Counted from the stretch's first letter, positions 39,201 through 49,892 are shown. The stretch: 50,350 bases of DNA from Butyrivibrio sp. (GCA_045542375.1 JAZQKW010000057.1:1-50350); one strand, 5' to 3'. Notes: generated by a model not told the origin, from the letters alone. Program-made: numbers and translations.

Positions 39201-42200
39201 AAGGTAATCAGTGATACATCCGTATGTGGAGCTCAGGTAATTGCATGGACTGATTGTAATTCCGGTGCACCTTCAATTAATTTTGAGGATGTTGTGATTT
39301 CAGGAACCATTGAAAGTAACAGAAACGATTACGTAAGTATGATAGGCGGGTTAATTGCAGTTGCCAATAATTACAATAACAGGGATCAATGGATTGATTA
39401 TCGTTCTTATACATTTAAGAATTATATTAATGTTAAAGATATTGTAATAGAAGGTCTTACTGTTAATAATGCAGCATGTACAAATACAACGGGAGGACTT
39501 CTTGGATTCAGATGGACTAACGTTATAGCAGATATTGAGAATCTTACAATACGCAAGGATGCTAACGGAAAAGGTAATGTACTTAATGCGTCTAAGCGTA
39601 ATGGTGGTATGTTTGCTGAGGTAACCGGTCGTCTCAATATGGAAAATGTAAATATATCTGACTGGCAGTATAATATGACCAATACTAACACAGGAGATAA
39701 TCCGGGGCTTATAGTATCTGAGGGAAGAGTTTTGTATCTCTCAGTTAAAGATTACAATATAGATACGGCTACTACAATTATTAAAGGAGCGCCTTCTAAT
39801 TTTGATGAGCTGGCAGGAATTACAACGTCAGGAGTTGAGACAGGTGGTGTTGTATCAATTTCTTCATCAACTGTTGATTATCTCAGTCCTGATTCCGGAT
39901 ACAGAAGTTACAAGAATCAGGCAACCTATGAGGGCAGAGATGCAGATAGCTTAAGGAATAATGCAACCAGATACTATTATAATGTACCTGAGATTATTGA
40001 AACTGCTCTTAATGCTAATGGTGGAGTTGTTTTGAAGGATGGGGTAATAAGTTCACCTGAAGAGCTTATGATTTTTGGACTTACCAATTATGCTCATGGA
40101 CATATCAGACATTTTTTTGTTGTTGATACGGGAACTAATTATAATAATATTTTGAATACTCATTTTAATTATTCCGGAGTAATAGATTTAGGAGGATACA
40201 GCTATTATCCTACATCTATAACCAATAAAAAATATGCAGGAATAAATGATGCAACAATTATATTCCATGCTCAGGAAATGTTAAATGGTGAAGCCCTTGA
40301 TGTTAACGGACAGAGGTATTCAGACACTAATAATAATCAGCATTATATGATGCACAGTGGTCTGTTTTATAGTCTTACAGCAACGGAAGTTAAAGATATG
40401 ACAATAAAGGGGACTGTAAGCTGTGTTGGCAACACATCAGGTGCATTAGCTGTGGGACTAATTAAGGGTGTAAATGCAAGTACGGCTGAAAGAGAGCAGG
40501 GATTTACTTATTCAACAACAGCCAAGACTACGATAAGTAATATTATTTTAGATAATGTATGGATTGCGGGCACTGATGATATGAAAAATCGTTATGGTCT
40601 GCTTGTTCATGGAATTCATAACGGTGCCAAGGTTGACATAAATGGTGTCAGAATGGTTAATTATGATGACCCTCATGTAACAACGGAAAGCAACAAGGCG
40701 GCTGCAGCTCTTATCGGTTATGTGGGTGGAGGTACAGGAAGTGCAGTAAGAGAGATTAACGTAACCTTCCAGAATATGGATGTTGCAGATGTGGCTGATA
40801 CAGTTACATTGCCGAATACTACGGTGCCAGATCTTTTTAATTCTACAGAGGCAGATAAGGTATTAGCGTATGCATCATTCATATATCAGTATGAATATTA
40901 TGAAGATACATGCTGGGGCTTATATACTTTTTATCTTGCAGATTATCTTAAAGGCAATGGATTAAATCAGATGGAATATCCATTACATAGTAGTGCAACA
41001 TTATCATATGAGGATAGCCTTGGATATGTTACAAAAGGATATGAAATTGGTGATGAGGTGGAATTCTATGATGCACCTCTGACTACACCAATTGCCGATT
41101 ATGCGGAGTACGGATTTGATGCAGATAATTATAAGCCATATGTATATAACTATAATAGAAGACAGATTTTTGTAAACGCTAAACCGGGAGATATTACTAA
41201 AGGCTGTGGAACTTATGAGGATCCATACATAATAGAATATACCAAGCAGTTTAAGACATTGTATTACTACCTTAAAGACAATACAGGTGTTCTTCATAAC
41301 TGGAAGGTAAATTCTTTTGGCAATGATACAACTTTCTGCACGGGAACTCATGCAGCAGAAGCTCTTAAGGTATACGGAAGTACGGATTTCCCTACAAAAG
41401 ATGAACTTAATCAGGCATATTACAAAATTACAGCGGATATTGATTTTACAGATTTTTCAGACTTTGTAGGATTTGGAACGGAAGCAGAGCCTTTCGTAGG
41501 AGTATTTGTAGGCGGGCTTAAGCCTAATGACCAATATCCGGATATTAAGCTTAATAATGAAACAACTAATAATGAAGTTCTTACAAGCTACGGATTTATC
41601 AGATACGCCAAGGGATGTGTACTCAAGGACCTTAATATTATACTTGGAAATACACAGTCTGTTACAGTGGTTAATGGAACTCCTACGACTACATATGACT
41701 ATATTAAAGTCCAGAATGCAGGCGCAGGTGCAATAGCGTATGTTATTGGTGGAGATAATGTTATTGACAATGTTACGGTTAATGGAACCATTAAACTTGC
41801 AACCGGATGGGCAGGCAGAGTGCTTAATGTTGGTGGATATGCAGGTCAGGTAAGACTTGGAACATTAATTCTTCGTAATATGGATTCGGATAGTCTTGCA
41901 GAATTCAATGTAGTGGATGACACTAATGCTGAAATAGCAGCTGATGACACATATACTAACTATGACAGACATATATGGGTTAACGGAATTGTTGGTTCAG
42001 TAAAAGACGGTGCGGTATTGTATGAAAATTACGCAGATAATACATTCCCTGTATTTACTGATACTACTGCAATTTACAGTAATACTGCAGGTTTAAGACC
42101 AATGTCGGATTATAATATAATTAATGCGGCGTATATTAAGAATAGTGGTAAGGGAACGATTACTGTAACTGACGGAAAAATAACAGTCAATGCAGATAAT

Positions 42201-45200
42201 GCTGCGCAGCTTATGATGTATGCTATTGCTTTAAACAGTGGTGCATTTACATACAGAGGAATTAGCGAGGGTGCATATTATATTGGATATAACGAAGAAG
42301 CCAGATGCAGAAACGGTAATTATGACAAGGTAGGTAATGTCCTTTCGGCAGATGATACGGTATATGTTGATGTAATTAAATACGATAATATTAATGGCGG
42401 ACAGCCAAATGATGGATCATTTTTTGCTCCATATGCGTTTGATTATTTTAATGTAGATGTATCTGCACTTATGGATGGAATTACGGATACACCTGACAAT
42501 TATATGACAGATACCGTTTTGTCTAAGTATATTAACCTCAATGCCAATGATTTTACACTGGTTCTTTCGGGTGCTTTGTACGATATGGCAGTATATGAGC
42601 TTGCATTTAGAGGAATTGGTGCAGAATATATTAGTGACACTGCAAATAACTTTAATGTATTTAAAGGAAATATTACCGGTAACAACAGTAAGATTAATCT
42701 TAACTATATTTCTGATGTAAGACGCGGGCTTAAAAATATTGGACTAATCAATCAGATGCGAATTGAAAAACAGACGGATGCATGTGTTATTTCTGATATT
42801 ACTTTATCAGGAAATGTTATTAATACTAGCGGGAAATCCGACGCTGTTTCAATTGAAAATGCATATGGTGAGTCTGTAACCGGATATACGGCAGCAGGTC
42901 TTATCGGTAAAATGACCAGTGTATCCAATATAGATGGAAGTACATTTTTAACAGCACCATACAACTATTATTTTAAAAATATTAGTACAGACGGACTTAC
43001 TGTAAAGAGTCTTGAATTTGCCGGTGGAATAGTCGGAGGACTGGAAATCCATAATGGCACGGATTATAAGGTGTGCTATGGTTTTGATGACTGTACAATT
43101 AAGGATACTACCTGTATTGCAAGTGCTGATGTAGGAGGAATAATTGCTTCATTCCAGAATCCGTATAATGTTACGTTTAATGATTGTGATATTAACGGAT
43201 TGACGTTAGAAGGTAAGGGAGTCTACAGATTTACCTATAATAACAGAGATACATTAAGCTTCCCATCAGCAGGTGGATATATAGGTCGAGGAATTGCCAA
43301 TAATTCTAAGACGATAGTGATTAATGGCGGAAGTATTAATGGTATTGATATTAAATCTACAGGACATAGTGGAGGTCTTATCGGTCAGACAGAATGTAGC
43401 ATTACAATGAATGCCGAAGGAGATACTTTTACCGGTGATGATATTACAATGAGAGGAACAGGAGTTCTTGGAAATCAGGAAATACCATCTAATCGTGTGG
43501 AATTTCTTAATTGGAATAACACACCTGTGGAGTATAGGGGAAGGTATTTAGGAAGCCACGGAGGATTGTTTGGTTTTGTAGGAAATACACTTTCACTTAA
43601 CAATACAACACTTACTAACGTTGATATTGAGATAAGGGTAGGAAGTGCTGCTAACGGATGGAATGGAGGAAATCTTTCATCTCAGTATCCACAGACATTT
43701 ATTGGTGGAATGGCAGGTATTGCTTACATGAATACTAATCTTACCAATTGTATACTTGGTTCTGATACCACGGATATACGTCTTGTAGCAGATGCAGGTT
43801 ATGGAGAAAGCGGATGGGAAACTGCATATACCGAAACTTCTACCAGACATAACCGAGTAGGTGTTGGTGGTCTTGTAGGTGCTGCATCTAATACAGGTAA
43901 CACAAGTGATGCTAATGTAAACATTACGGATTGTAAGGTAATTGGTAATCCAAGTGGAGACAATATAATAAGAGCAGGATATGCTGCCGGTGGTATGATA
44001 TCAGAGCTGAAGATAGCGGCTAATAAGAATGCTTACTATCAGAATTGTACCGTAAGTGATATGGATATTAGTGCTACTATACATGCAGGAGGAATATCTG
44101 GAGCAGAAATTTCAGCGGCAATCAGCAGATTTAATAATGTAAATGTTGAAGGATGCAATATTAGTAATCTGGATGTATACAGGGCTAATAAGAATTTAAC
44201 CTCAGGCGGTTTTACCGGCTGCGAGTGGGGAATTGCATTTATACATGAATCCAATGTAACAGATTGTACAATTGGTGGTCCGTTTACATATTATGCAGGC
44301 GGATATTTTGGATATACACCTACTACATTTGGTGCCTGCAAATTTGGAAATGCAACATCTGTTGGTAACACTATTATGGGTGCAATGGCAGGAGGAATTG
44401 CAGGAAGAGTATCAAGGAATCAGTCTAACCAGGGTGCGTTATATGAAATTATCGTAAAAGGCAATAAGATAATCGGATTCTTTAATAATGATAATGAAAA
44501 AACATGGACCGGAGGTACCTTTGCATATACTGATACAACCAATAACAACGTCTATGGTAATGATATTGTTATAGAGGATAATCTTATTGCAGGTATGCAC
44601 TTAACTAAAAATACTACTTCTAATCAGTGTATTGGAGGTGTATTTGGAGAAATTAAAGAAGCTATTTTCATAAATAATATAACCCTGAATGATAATATTA
44701 TAGGTATTCTTGATTATAGCAGACTTCCTAATGATACATCTGATGATAAGTATATTACCTTCGGAGAATATCTTATTAATGATGTATATGACTTATGGGA
44801 TGCATCTCATAACCTTGATGCGGCAAAGGTTGCAGCTGAAGAGGAATATATAGGATTATATTTCAGTGATACCAGAGATTATGTTCCTTATCCGGATGTG
44901 ATAACGGAAGCAGAACTTTACAAATATTCTGCATATGTAGGGCTTATTTTCGGATATGGATATAGATCATCAGGTGTTGCTAACATAACAGATTTTTATG
45001 TAAATTATAGTGATGAATTTAAGAAATTCAGACCAGCGAGTGATGTGGCAGCTAATTCTATACCTGGTAATAATACAGCTATGTATGATTACAGAAACAG
45101 ATACCATATAGTGTATGGCGGAAAGAATTTCAGTGACTTGGAAAGTATCTGGGATGAGTATTTCACAGAAACCGGAGATGCAAGGCATAATTACAGACTT

Positions 45201-47495
45201 GACCACAATTACAGTCAGGGCGTAACAATGGAAGATATCCTGCAGAATACTTATTATGATACTACATTGGGAGCATATCAGTCTCCGTTTAAGGATGCTC
45301 TTGGCAATGCCATACCGTTAGTAGTGTATGATAATACGGATTTGGATAAGATTATAAGTTCGTATGTTAACATTATTACCAACAATGGTGGTGCTATTAA
45401 AAATAACAGCTATCAGAGTAATATTATTAAGGTATCCGCACAAAAGATGAAGTTAGTTAACGGAGTTCCTACTGTAGACGCAACACTTACTCCAAGTATC
45501 ACTCCAAGTACAACCGGAGCAACTACACAGGTTACTCTTAATATTAACAGTAAGGGATATGATACATATACAGATGATCAGAATGGTACGTATACTGTAC
45601 TTAACATAACCTATACATGGAGTAATACATGGGGAAGTAAGGATTTTGGTTATGGGCCGGGTGCTAATGATAAATACGTGAATCCAACATTATACGAGAC
45701 AGCAACCATCAGTATTCCTATCTTTATTAAAAAGATACTTGAAATTGATACTCATATAACAGGTATCAGTGGCTCAATATACAATATTGAGAACATTGTT
45801 AATGATGGAATTAAGGATTTAAGTATTTTACGAGGTGTATACACATCATATATTGAATACAATTACAATGATGCAATTGGAGAGTATCCTTATACTCTTG
45901 ATAAGGAGCTTTACTTCCTTCAGAACAATGCATCAGGTGCATATGTTCCTATTTTTGCCAATACCAAATTCACACTGATAGACCTGTCTGACAGTAAAGT
46001 ATATTATTACAAGGCAGACAGCGATATAACGGGAAGGTTACCTCTGTCTGCATTCAAGGCATCGGATGGAACGGCATATACAGAACCGGCAATTAATACA
46101 CTTGACCTTGTTAGTGGTGATGACAAGACAGATACTCTTCACAGAAAGCATTATGCAAAGGAAGTAGGAGGCACATATAATGCTAACGAAAAGATTGCAA
46201 TGCAGAGATACCTGCTTCTTGTAGATACATCAGAGGTAACGACGGATACGTCATCATCATATACATATGTTGTTAATGTTAAGCCTATTGATAATGCTTA
46301 CAATCGTAATTTCTTAAGCAAATGTAAATATCCGATTGAACCGGACTGTGACTTTACGGTAACAGAGATACCGGGTATTGCAGCAGATTTTACAGGTGAG
46401 ACATATGTAACCGGTGAAATTAAGGAAGACAGTCTTACAGGTGTTAACTCTAAGATAGAATTTGAGCTTACAGCGTCTCAGTCGTACTGGGATTATAAGA
46501 ATTCCAGCCCATCTGAGTTGAAGGAATATATTGACGTTGCAATATATCTCGAAAAAGACGGAATAAAGACACCTCTGCCACTTGGTACGATGGTTACTTA
46601 TAACAAGGGTCAGAGTGATGCTGTTTCAATTTCTACGGCAGGAGAGACCATATTGTATTTTTACAAGGATTTCTTTAATGAGTACTCGCTTGCCAACGTA
46701 ACGAGAGACACAATTGTATCCGGAACATTGGATTTTGACTTTACACAGGCAGACTTCTCAGATTTCGAGGATGGTAACTATATAGTTACACTTGAACTTT
46801 TAAAGACAGCTGAAAAGGAATTTCCGATGGGCGGTGTCCATATGGATACATACACTACGGAGTTTAACACTCTTACGGAAAAGAATATTGGTTTTGTACT
46901 TATCGCAGATGACCTTATGAATCTTGGAATGAACGGATACCTTCCTGAGGAAAGCGATAAGGGTGTAATTGACTTTACAACTAATATTGATTTTACGGAT
47001 TACATTCCTAAGACAGACAAGAGTAACAAGCTTGATTTTGAAGCTCTTGCAAAAAAATATTTTTCAATTAAATACGAAATAATGAGAAAGGTCAAAAATC
47101 CTGACGGTTCATACTCATATGTGCCATATGAAGGCGACGGAATAGAGCTTTTGTGGGATGACAGAGAATTAGGATTTGATAAATGTGCTACATTCAGGCT
47201 CAGCGAGACAACTCTTATTACAGGTAACAGGGGTAAGCTAGACCATGTTGTTGAATATCCATGTACAGTTAGGATAAATGTAGAACAGTTCTTAGCTGAG
47301 AATGAACTTATAACCAATTACAGGGTTGTAGGAAGGCTGTATGTATCCGATACGGCGCCTGACGGAGTAACTGTACTTCCGGATGATTCTGATGTAATGT
47401 TTATGGAAATTCCGGACAGCTTCGTATCCCAGATGTCTCTTTCAGATTATTTTGTATACACGATTGCAAAGATTAAAACAGACCTGGATATTTAA
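36240..47495 (+). CDS. Giant (3751 aa) secreted beta-helical surface protein with GLUG-like repeats
   Basis: GGAGGA RBS, signal peptide, many GG(L/I)(V/I/F)G repeats, GCGTYEDPYII / YYKITADIDF / GTEAEPFVGVF cap modules; no LPxTG, SLH or C-terminal TM seen. Confidence 0.85.
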   Translation: MKRKRILKPVAMLLVVIMIFSLAPDMFMNIAKYFRTTQISGSTINTDDIKELVTDNDDATGNLAVPELNPELSIKDDVILGAPITVFGSASFPATIGELEALGTKTFYIRTYMDWLNIQELSTQSSLEGYTFVINNNNTPGVPDSSTYELASLTQFTGIGTEEFPFKGTLRCSSTNGINYTIARPIFAYLGGGATVRNIHVVCTGSCSAGLAAVLTGGGELKLENIFVSGTINTNNCAGGLFGEIINTEATPLTFSVTREMGASQNGVALGVTKTDTAGKTKLTISGKYAGNIAGKITGNVLIKYDGSVIDIKNTTITGKVADGAKGWIAGYMVGDGNVRPEITFISDTSLYPLINGNGASGGLVGKCENAVIGTGDYKVTVESSKVDGSGNRGATNHSDIYGPVGNITEGTGGIVGSFINSEVKDNSTFYVQNIMLQTNNGAYGAGGIFGYVYNSDLGSFASDDEGYFVGNVAVGYNSYASKNAGGIIGIYINETGELIKLDHFNVWNTFIQGMSGTAGGVIGYMNLVNGTDCELSDWYVAGTTATNNGGSDGMGYFAGYILSDEDEESVVTVKGANISQQRDDDFGTYRSIYVGATYRLWGSVSSGAIAGKMSNTNLIAEDIIINSLQVESANNTGGLVGHFVSGNNKKYIYVNNFAMKGTYKSNGGAGVNYGYSAVVGNLDTNSILALDGVIDLSEMKWDGGGFTYAGQIVGRQDSALVFLNHSGEIKPYGNTGNYVDIDMVGNYGDVYVNGKWDGVNGEYIFNIKTADAINGTVEKIGDVYNLKTVGDMLRLAIMWNSYGAFASECFEDTYSDMFKMEYHLISEEYDLSGTGFTCFQRNDESNVSNIFSGKFIGTASGKSKIKYNVSRYRQPAMGLFRMVGNTDTSVTEFKNIAIDAELMQDSTSYTGEIKNGRHYYAVMGGLSVTAQGNIMVENVDIDVDMSGCYHNHYTAADKGYYGGLFGKYTSTTNSVLDIKGLYATGHKVISDTSVCGAQVIAWTDCNSGAPSINFEDVVISGTIESNRNDYVSMIGGLIAVANNYNNRDQWIDYRSYTFKNYINVKDIVIEGLTVNNAACTNTTGGLLGFRWTNVIADIENLTIRKDANGKGNVLNASKRNGGMFAEVTGRLNMENVNISDWQYNMTNTNTGDNPGLIVSEGRVLYLSVKDYNIDTATTIIKGAPSNFDELAGITTSGVETGGVVSISSSTVDYLSPDSGYRSYKNQATYEGRDADSLRNNATRYYYNVPEIIETALNANGGVVLKDGVISSPEELMIFGLTNYAHGHIRHFFVVDTGTNYNNILNTHFNYSGVIDLGGYSYYPTSITNKKYAGINDATIIFHAQEMLNGEALDVNGQRYSDTNNNQHYMMHSGLFYSLTATEVKDMTIKGTVSCVGNTSGALAVGLIKGVNASTAEREQGFTYSTTAKTTISNIILDNVWIAGTDDMKNRYGLLVHGIHNGAKVDINGVRMVNYDDPHVTTESNKAAAALIGYVGGGTGSAVREINVTFQNMDVADVADTVTLPNTTVPDLFNSTEADKVLAYASFIYQYEYYEDTCWGLYTFYLADYLKGNGLNQMEYPLHSSATLSYEDSLGYVTKGYEIGDEVEFYDAPLTTPIADYAEYGFDADNYKPYVYNYNRRQIFVNAKPGDITKGCGTYEDPYIIEYTKQFKTLYYYLKDNTGVLHNWKVNSFGNDTTFCTGTHAAEALKVYGSTDFPTKDELNQAYYKITADIDFTDFSDFVGFGTEAEPFVGVFVGGLKPNDQYPDIKLNNETTNNEVLTSYGFIRYAKGCVLKDLNIILGNTQSVTVVNGTPTTTYDYIKVQNAGAGAIAYVIGGDNVIDNVTVNGTIKLATGWAGRVLNVGGYAGQVRLGTLILRNMDSDSLAEFNVVDDTNAEIAADDTYTNYDRHIWVNGIVGSVKDGAVLYENYADNTFPVFTDTTAIYSNTAGLRPMSDYNIINAAYIKNSGKGTITVTDGKITVNADNAAQLMMYAIALNSGAFTYRGISEGAYYIGYNEEARCRNGNYDKVGNVLSADDTVYVDVIKYDNINGGQPNDGSFFAPYAFDYFNVDVSALMDGITDTPDNYMTDTVLSKYINLNANDFTLVLSGALYDMAVYELAFRGIGAEYISDTANNFNVFKGNITGNNSKINLNYISDVRRGLKNIGLINQMRIEKQTDACVISDITLSGNVINTSGKSDAVSIENAYGESVTGYTAAGLIGKMTSVSNIDGSTFLTAPYNYYFKNISTDGLTVKSLEFAGGIVGGLEIHNGTDYKVCYGFDDCTIKDTTCIASADVGGIIASFQNPYNVTFNDCDINGLTLEGKGVYRFTYNNRDTLSFPSAGGYIGRGIANNSKTIVINGGSINGIDIKSTGHSGGLIGQTECSITMNAEGDTFTGDDITMRGTGVLGNQEIPSNRVEFLNWNNTPVEYRGRYLGSHGGLFGFVGNTLSLNNTTLTNVDIEIRVGSAANGWNGGNLSSQYPQTFIGGMAGIAYMNTNLTNCILGSDTTDIRLVADAGYGESGWETAYTETSTRHNRVGVGGLVGAASNTGNTSDANVNITDCKVIGNPSGDNIIRAGYAAGGMISELKIAANKNAYYQNCTVSDMDISATIHAGGISGAEISAAISRFNNVNVEGCNISNLDVYRANKNLTSGGFTGCEWGIAFIHESNVTDCTIGGPFTYYAGGYFGYTPTTFGACKFGNATSVGNTIMGAMAGGIAGRVSRNQSNQGALYEIIVKGNKIIGFFNNDNEKTWTGGTFAYTDTTNNNVYGNDIVIEDNLIAGMHLTKNTTSNQCIGGVFGEIKEAIFINNITLNDNIIGILDYSRLPNDTSDDKYITFGEYLINDVYDLWDASHNLDAAKVAAEEEYIGLYFSDTRDYVPYPDVITEAELYKYSAYVGLIFGYGYRSSGVANITDFYVNYSDEFKKFRPASDVAANSIPGNNTAMYDYRNRYHIVYGGKNFSDLESIWDEYFTETGDARHNYRLDHNYSQGVTMEDILQNTYYDTTLGAYQSPFKDALGNAIPLVVYDNTDLDKIISSYVNIITNNGGAIKNNSYQSNIIKVSAQKMKLVNGVPTVDATLTPSITPSTTGATTQVTLNINSKGYDTYTDDQNGTYTVLNITYTWSNTWGSKDFGYGPGANDKYVNPTLYETATISIPIFIKKILEIDTHITGISGSIYNIENIVNDGIKDLSILRGVYTSYIEYNYNDAIGEYPYTLDKELYFLQNNASGAYVPIFANTKFTLIDLSDSKVYYYKADSDITGRLPLSAFKASDGTAYTEPAINTLDLVSGDDKTDTLHRKHYAKEVGGTYNANEKIAMQRYLLLVDTSEVTTDTSSSYTYVVNVKPIDNAYNRNFLSKCKYPIEPDCDFTVTEIPGIAADFTGETYVTGEIKEDSLTGVNSKIEFELTASQSYWDYKNSSPSELKEYIDVAIYLEKDGIKTPLPLGTMVTYNKGQSDAVSISTAGETILYFYKDFFNEYSLANVTRDTIVSGTLDFDFTQADFSDFEDGNYIVTLELLKTAEKEFPMGGVHMDTYTTEFNTLTEKNIGFVLIADDLMNLGMNGYLPEESDKGVIDFTTNIDFTDYIPKTDKSNKLDFEALAKKYFSIKYEIMRKVKNPDGSYSYVPYEGDGIELLWDDRELGFDKCATFRLSETTLITGNRGKLDHVVEYPCTVRINVEQFLAENELITNYRVVGRLYVSDTAPDGVTVLPDDSDVMFMEIPDSFVSQMSLSDYFVYTIAKIKTDLDI

Positions 47496-47497
47496 TG

Positions 47498-47528
47498 AAA
47501 AGACGCACCAAAAAAGTGCGTCTTTTTT
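47498..47528 (+). terminator. Intrinsic terminator closing the large operon
   Basis: AAAAGACGCAC-N7-GTGCGTCTTTTTT. Confidence 0.85.
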
Positions 47529-47538
47529 ACTAATATTC

Positions 47539-47567
47539 TTGACTTTATGTGTATTAAGTACTAAAAT
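47539..47567 (+). promoter_or_regulatory. sigma-A promoter of MCP gene
   Basis: TTGACT-17-TAAAAT. Confidence 0.65.
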
Positions 47568-47611
47568 TTATGTATGTGTAATATGTGAAAAATGTTATGT
47601 GGAGGTATGAA

Positions 47612-49060
47612 ATGACTGAAAAACAGTATCGCAAATCCGACAGTTTAGCTGTAATACTTTACGAAATCGCAGTAGTGTATCTTATAGTAGCAACGGCAAT
47701 GGCTGTTATTAAGGACGGATTTAATTTATCAAGAATAATACAGGCATCAGTATTTGGCGCGACTTTTGTATTGGTTCTTGCTATCTATTTTATTCGAAGA
47801 GGAACGAAATCATGTGGAGTTGTAATGTCTATCCTAGTTGCAGTTTCTTACATAGTGTTAATGTCTCTTTCGATGAATAAGGATGCTTTTGCATTTATAT
47901 TTTATCTGCTAATTGCATCAATGGTGTATATGAACAAGCGTATTTCAATGTGGGCTATTCTTGCAGCAATAATTGCCAATGCCGTTCCGACAGTTAAGGA
48001 TGTCATCAATGGTGAGCTTGTGGTTGAAGCAACCATCATAAGATGGGCAATGTGCGTTATTGGATGTGTTTTCACAGTTTTTGTAATTAATCTTATTCAG
48101 AATTATAGAGAGTCAAGTGTTAACGAGGTTAAGGAAGTTGCTGATGCTAACATGGCTGCAGGTGAGCGTATGGCTGACACAGCCGGAAGAATAGAAGATA
48201 ACTTCAATCACGTTAAAGAGACCTTTGAAGCATTAAGAAATTCAATTAATGACAATCAGGTATTCATCTCTAATATCGCAGAGAGTACAGAATGCACAGC
48301 AGAGGCTGTACAGGAGCAGGCCGGAATGTGTGCTGCAATCGTTGAAAGTACTGATGCTGCTAAGGATCATACACATAAGGTTGCAGAAGTATCAAGAGTT
48401 GCCAGAGAAACTGTAGAATCAGGTATCAACCTTGTTACAGAACTTAAGAATCAGGCAGTTGCTGTAGATATGGCTAGTAAGCTTACCGTTGAATCAACAG
48501 AACGCCTTATTAACAGAATTGATGGAGTTAAGAACTTCGTAGATACAATCCTTAATATTTCATCGCAGACTAATCTTCTTGCACTTAATGCTTCAATTGA
48601 GGCTGCAAGAGCCGGCGATGCAGGTAAGGGTTTCGCAGTAGTTGCAGATGAGATTAGACAGCTTTCAGAGCAGACTCAGGATGCTACACAGAAGATTACT
48701 GATATTATTACAGAACTTGTAACAGATGCAACAAGTGCATCAGCAAGTCTCAGTAACTCAGTACAGTACACTAATATGCAGACTCAGATGATAGCTGTAA
48801 CAGAAGAAGAGTTCAGCAAGATTAATGCTCAGATGGCAGAACTTGAGAATAGTGTTACTCTTATGGAGACAACCATAGAGGATATCGTTAATGCAACAGG
48901 AGTAATCTCTGAACAGGTTTCACAGCTCTCAGCTGCCAGCGAAGAGATTGCTGCAATTTCTGAGTCAGGAGAGAAGAGTGCAGAGCTTTCAGTTGAATAT
49001 ATGGATGACTGTCTTGAATCCCTTGAAGAGATCAATGCATTAGTTAATAATTTTGGTTAA
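47612..49060 (+). CDS. Methyl-accepting chemotaxis protein with multi-TM sensor region
   Basis: About 5-6 N-terminal TM helices; [31 protein letters not shown]; GGAGG RBS favours ATG 47612. Confidence 0.92.
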   Translation: MTEKQYRKSDSLAVILYEIAVVYLIVATAMAVIKDGFNLSRIIQASVFGATFVLVLAIYFIRRGTKSCGVVMSILVAVSYIVLMSLSMNKDAFAFIFYLLIASMVYMNKRISMWAILAAIIANAVPTVKDVINGELVVEATIIRWAMCVIGCVFTVFVINLIQNYRESSVNEVKEVADANMAAGERMADTAGRIEDNFNHVKETFEALRNSINDNQVFISNIAESTECTAEAVQEQAGMCAAIVESTDAAKDHTHKVAEVSRVARETVESGINLVTELKNQAVAVDMASKLTVESTERLINRIDGVKNFVDTILNISSQTNLLALNASIEAARAGDAGKGFAVVADEIRQLSEQTQDATQKITDIITELVTDATSASASLSNSVQYTNMQTQMIAVTEEEFSKINAQMAELENSVTLMETTIEDIVNATGVISEQVSQLSAASEEIAAISESGEKSAELSVEYMDDCLESLEEINALVNNFG

Positions 49061-49100
49061 TTTTTTAATTTTATTTTTATATTCATTTTTTCCTCACTTG

Positions 49101-49126
49101 GCCGGACCTGTAATGGGTCCGGTTTT
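49101..49126 (+). terminator. Intrinsic terminator after MCP
   Basis: GCCGGACC-N7-GGTCCGGT followed by TTT. Confidence 0.7.
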
Positions 49127-49153
49127 GTGCATAGCTTTTGCAGGTATATAAGG

Positions 49154-49189
49154 ATAGCAGGAGGTATTTGTGGTAATACCTCCTGCTAT
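49154..49189. repeat. 15-bp perfect inverted repeat overlapping XRE gene stop (terminator-like)
   Basis: ATAGCAGGAGGTATT-N6-AATACCTCCTGCTAT. Confidence 0.8.
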
Positions 49190-49515
49190 TTTTCTTTTAA
49201 TATCTGAACAAATCTGGTTAATAGCTGTCTGTCATGATTGTCAAGTTTATGTACTTCTAAAATTAATTTATTGTCTTCATCTGTATATCCTATATGGTTG
49301 GCTTTGTCGTTATCATCTGCAAAAAACTCAGCCATTGATATATTAAAACCATCACATATTTTACCTAGGGTAGCAATCGTTGGCTGGTTGTTCTTCTTAA
49401 ACATAGAACTGAGCGACGAATAGGGGATGTCGGATTCTTTGGAAAGTCGGTACAATGTCCAATTACGGAAATTCATAAGCTCAATAATTCTTAATAAAAC
49501 CTTGTTAAGCTCCAT
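49186..49515 (-). CDS. XRE family HTH transcriptional regulator
   Basis: RIIELMNFRNWTLYRLSKESDIPYSSLSSMF...PTIATLGKICDGFNISMAEFF. Confidence 0.88.
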   Translation of the reverse strand: MELNKVLLRIIELMNFRNWTLYRLSKESDIPYSSLSSMFKKNNQPTIATLGKICDGFNISMAEFFADDNDKANHIGYTDEDNKLILEVHKLDNHDRQLLTRFVQILKEK

Positions 49516-49892
49516 TTTCAGTCTCCTTTAGTATTTGTTACTACTATTTTAACTAAATTATGACGTGAAAATAGATGAGAAAAGACGTTATAAAAATTGA
49601 GAATTATAGCGGAAATGCACTGTATGACTTTGCAAGGAGGTTAAATAACAAGTTCAAAGCATATGAATTGTATGATGCACCTCCAAAATTTTTATCTCAA
49701 AATGTGACTAGTATTTATTTCCCATTGTCCATGGTGATTTTCTTTGCTATGCTTTTATCAGCATAAATTCTTAAATCGAATATTCTTAAGTTCTATTTTC
49801 TAAGAAATCTATGCTGAATTTTCAATAATAAGTAAGCAGAAGATTTCAAGGATAGGATAAGGTCTTCTGCACATATGGAGGAGGAATTATCT

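Noticed and set aside
36240-47495. Giant protein as an IgA1/Zmp metalloprotease or sortase substrate
   Set aside because: No HExxH or LPxTG motif noticed; only the repeat scaffold resembles that family.
49575-49766. 63-aa ORF between the XRE gene and rpn
   Set aside because: No convincing RBS and no recognisable motif; likely intergenic promoter sequence.
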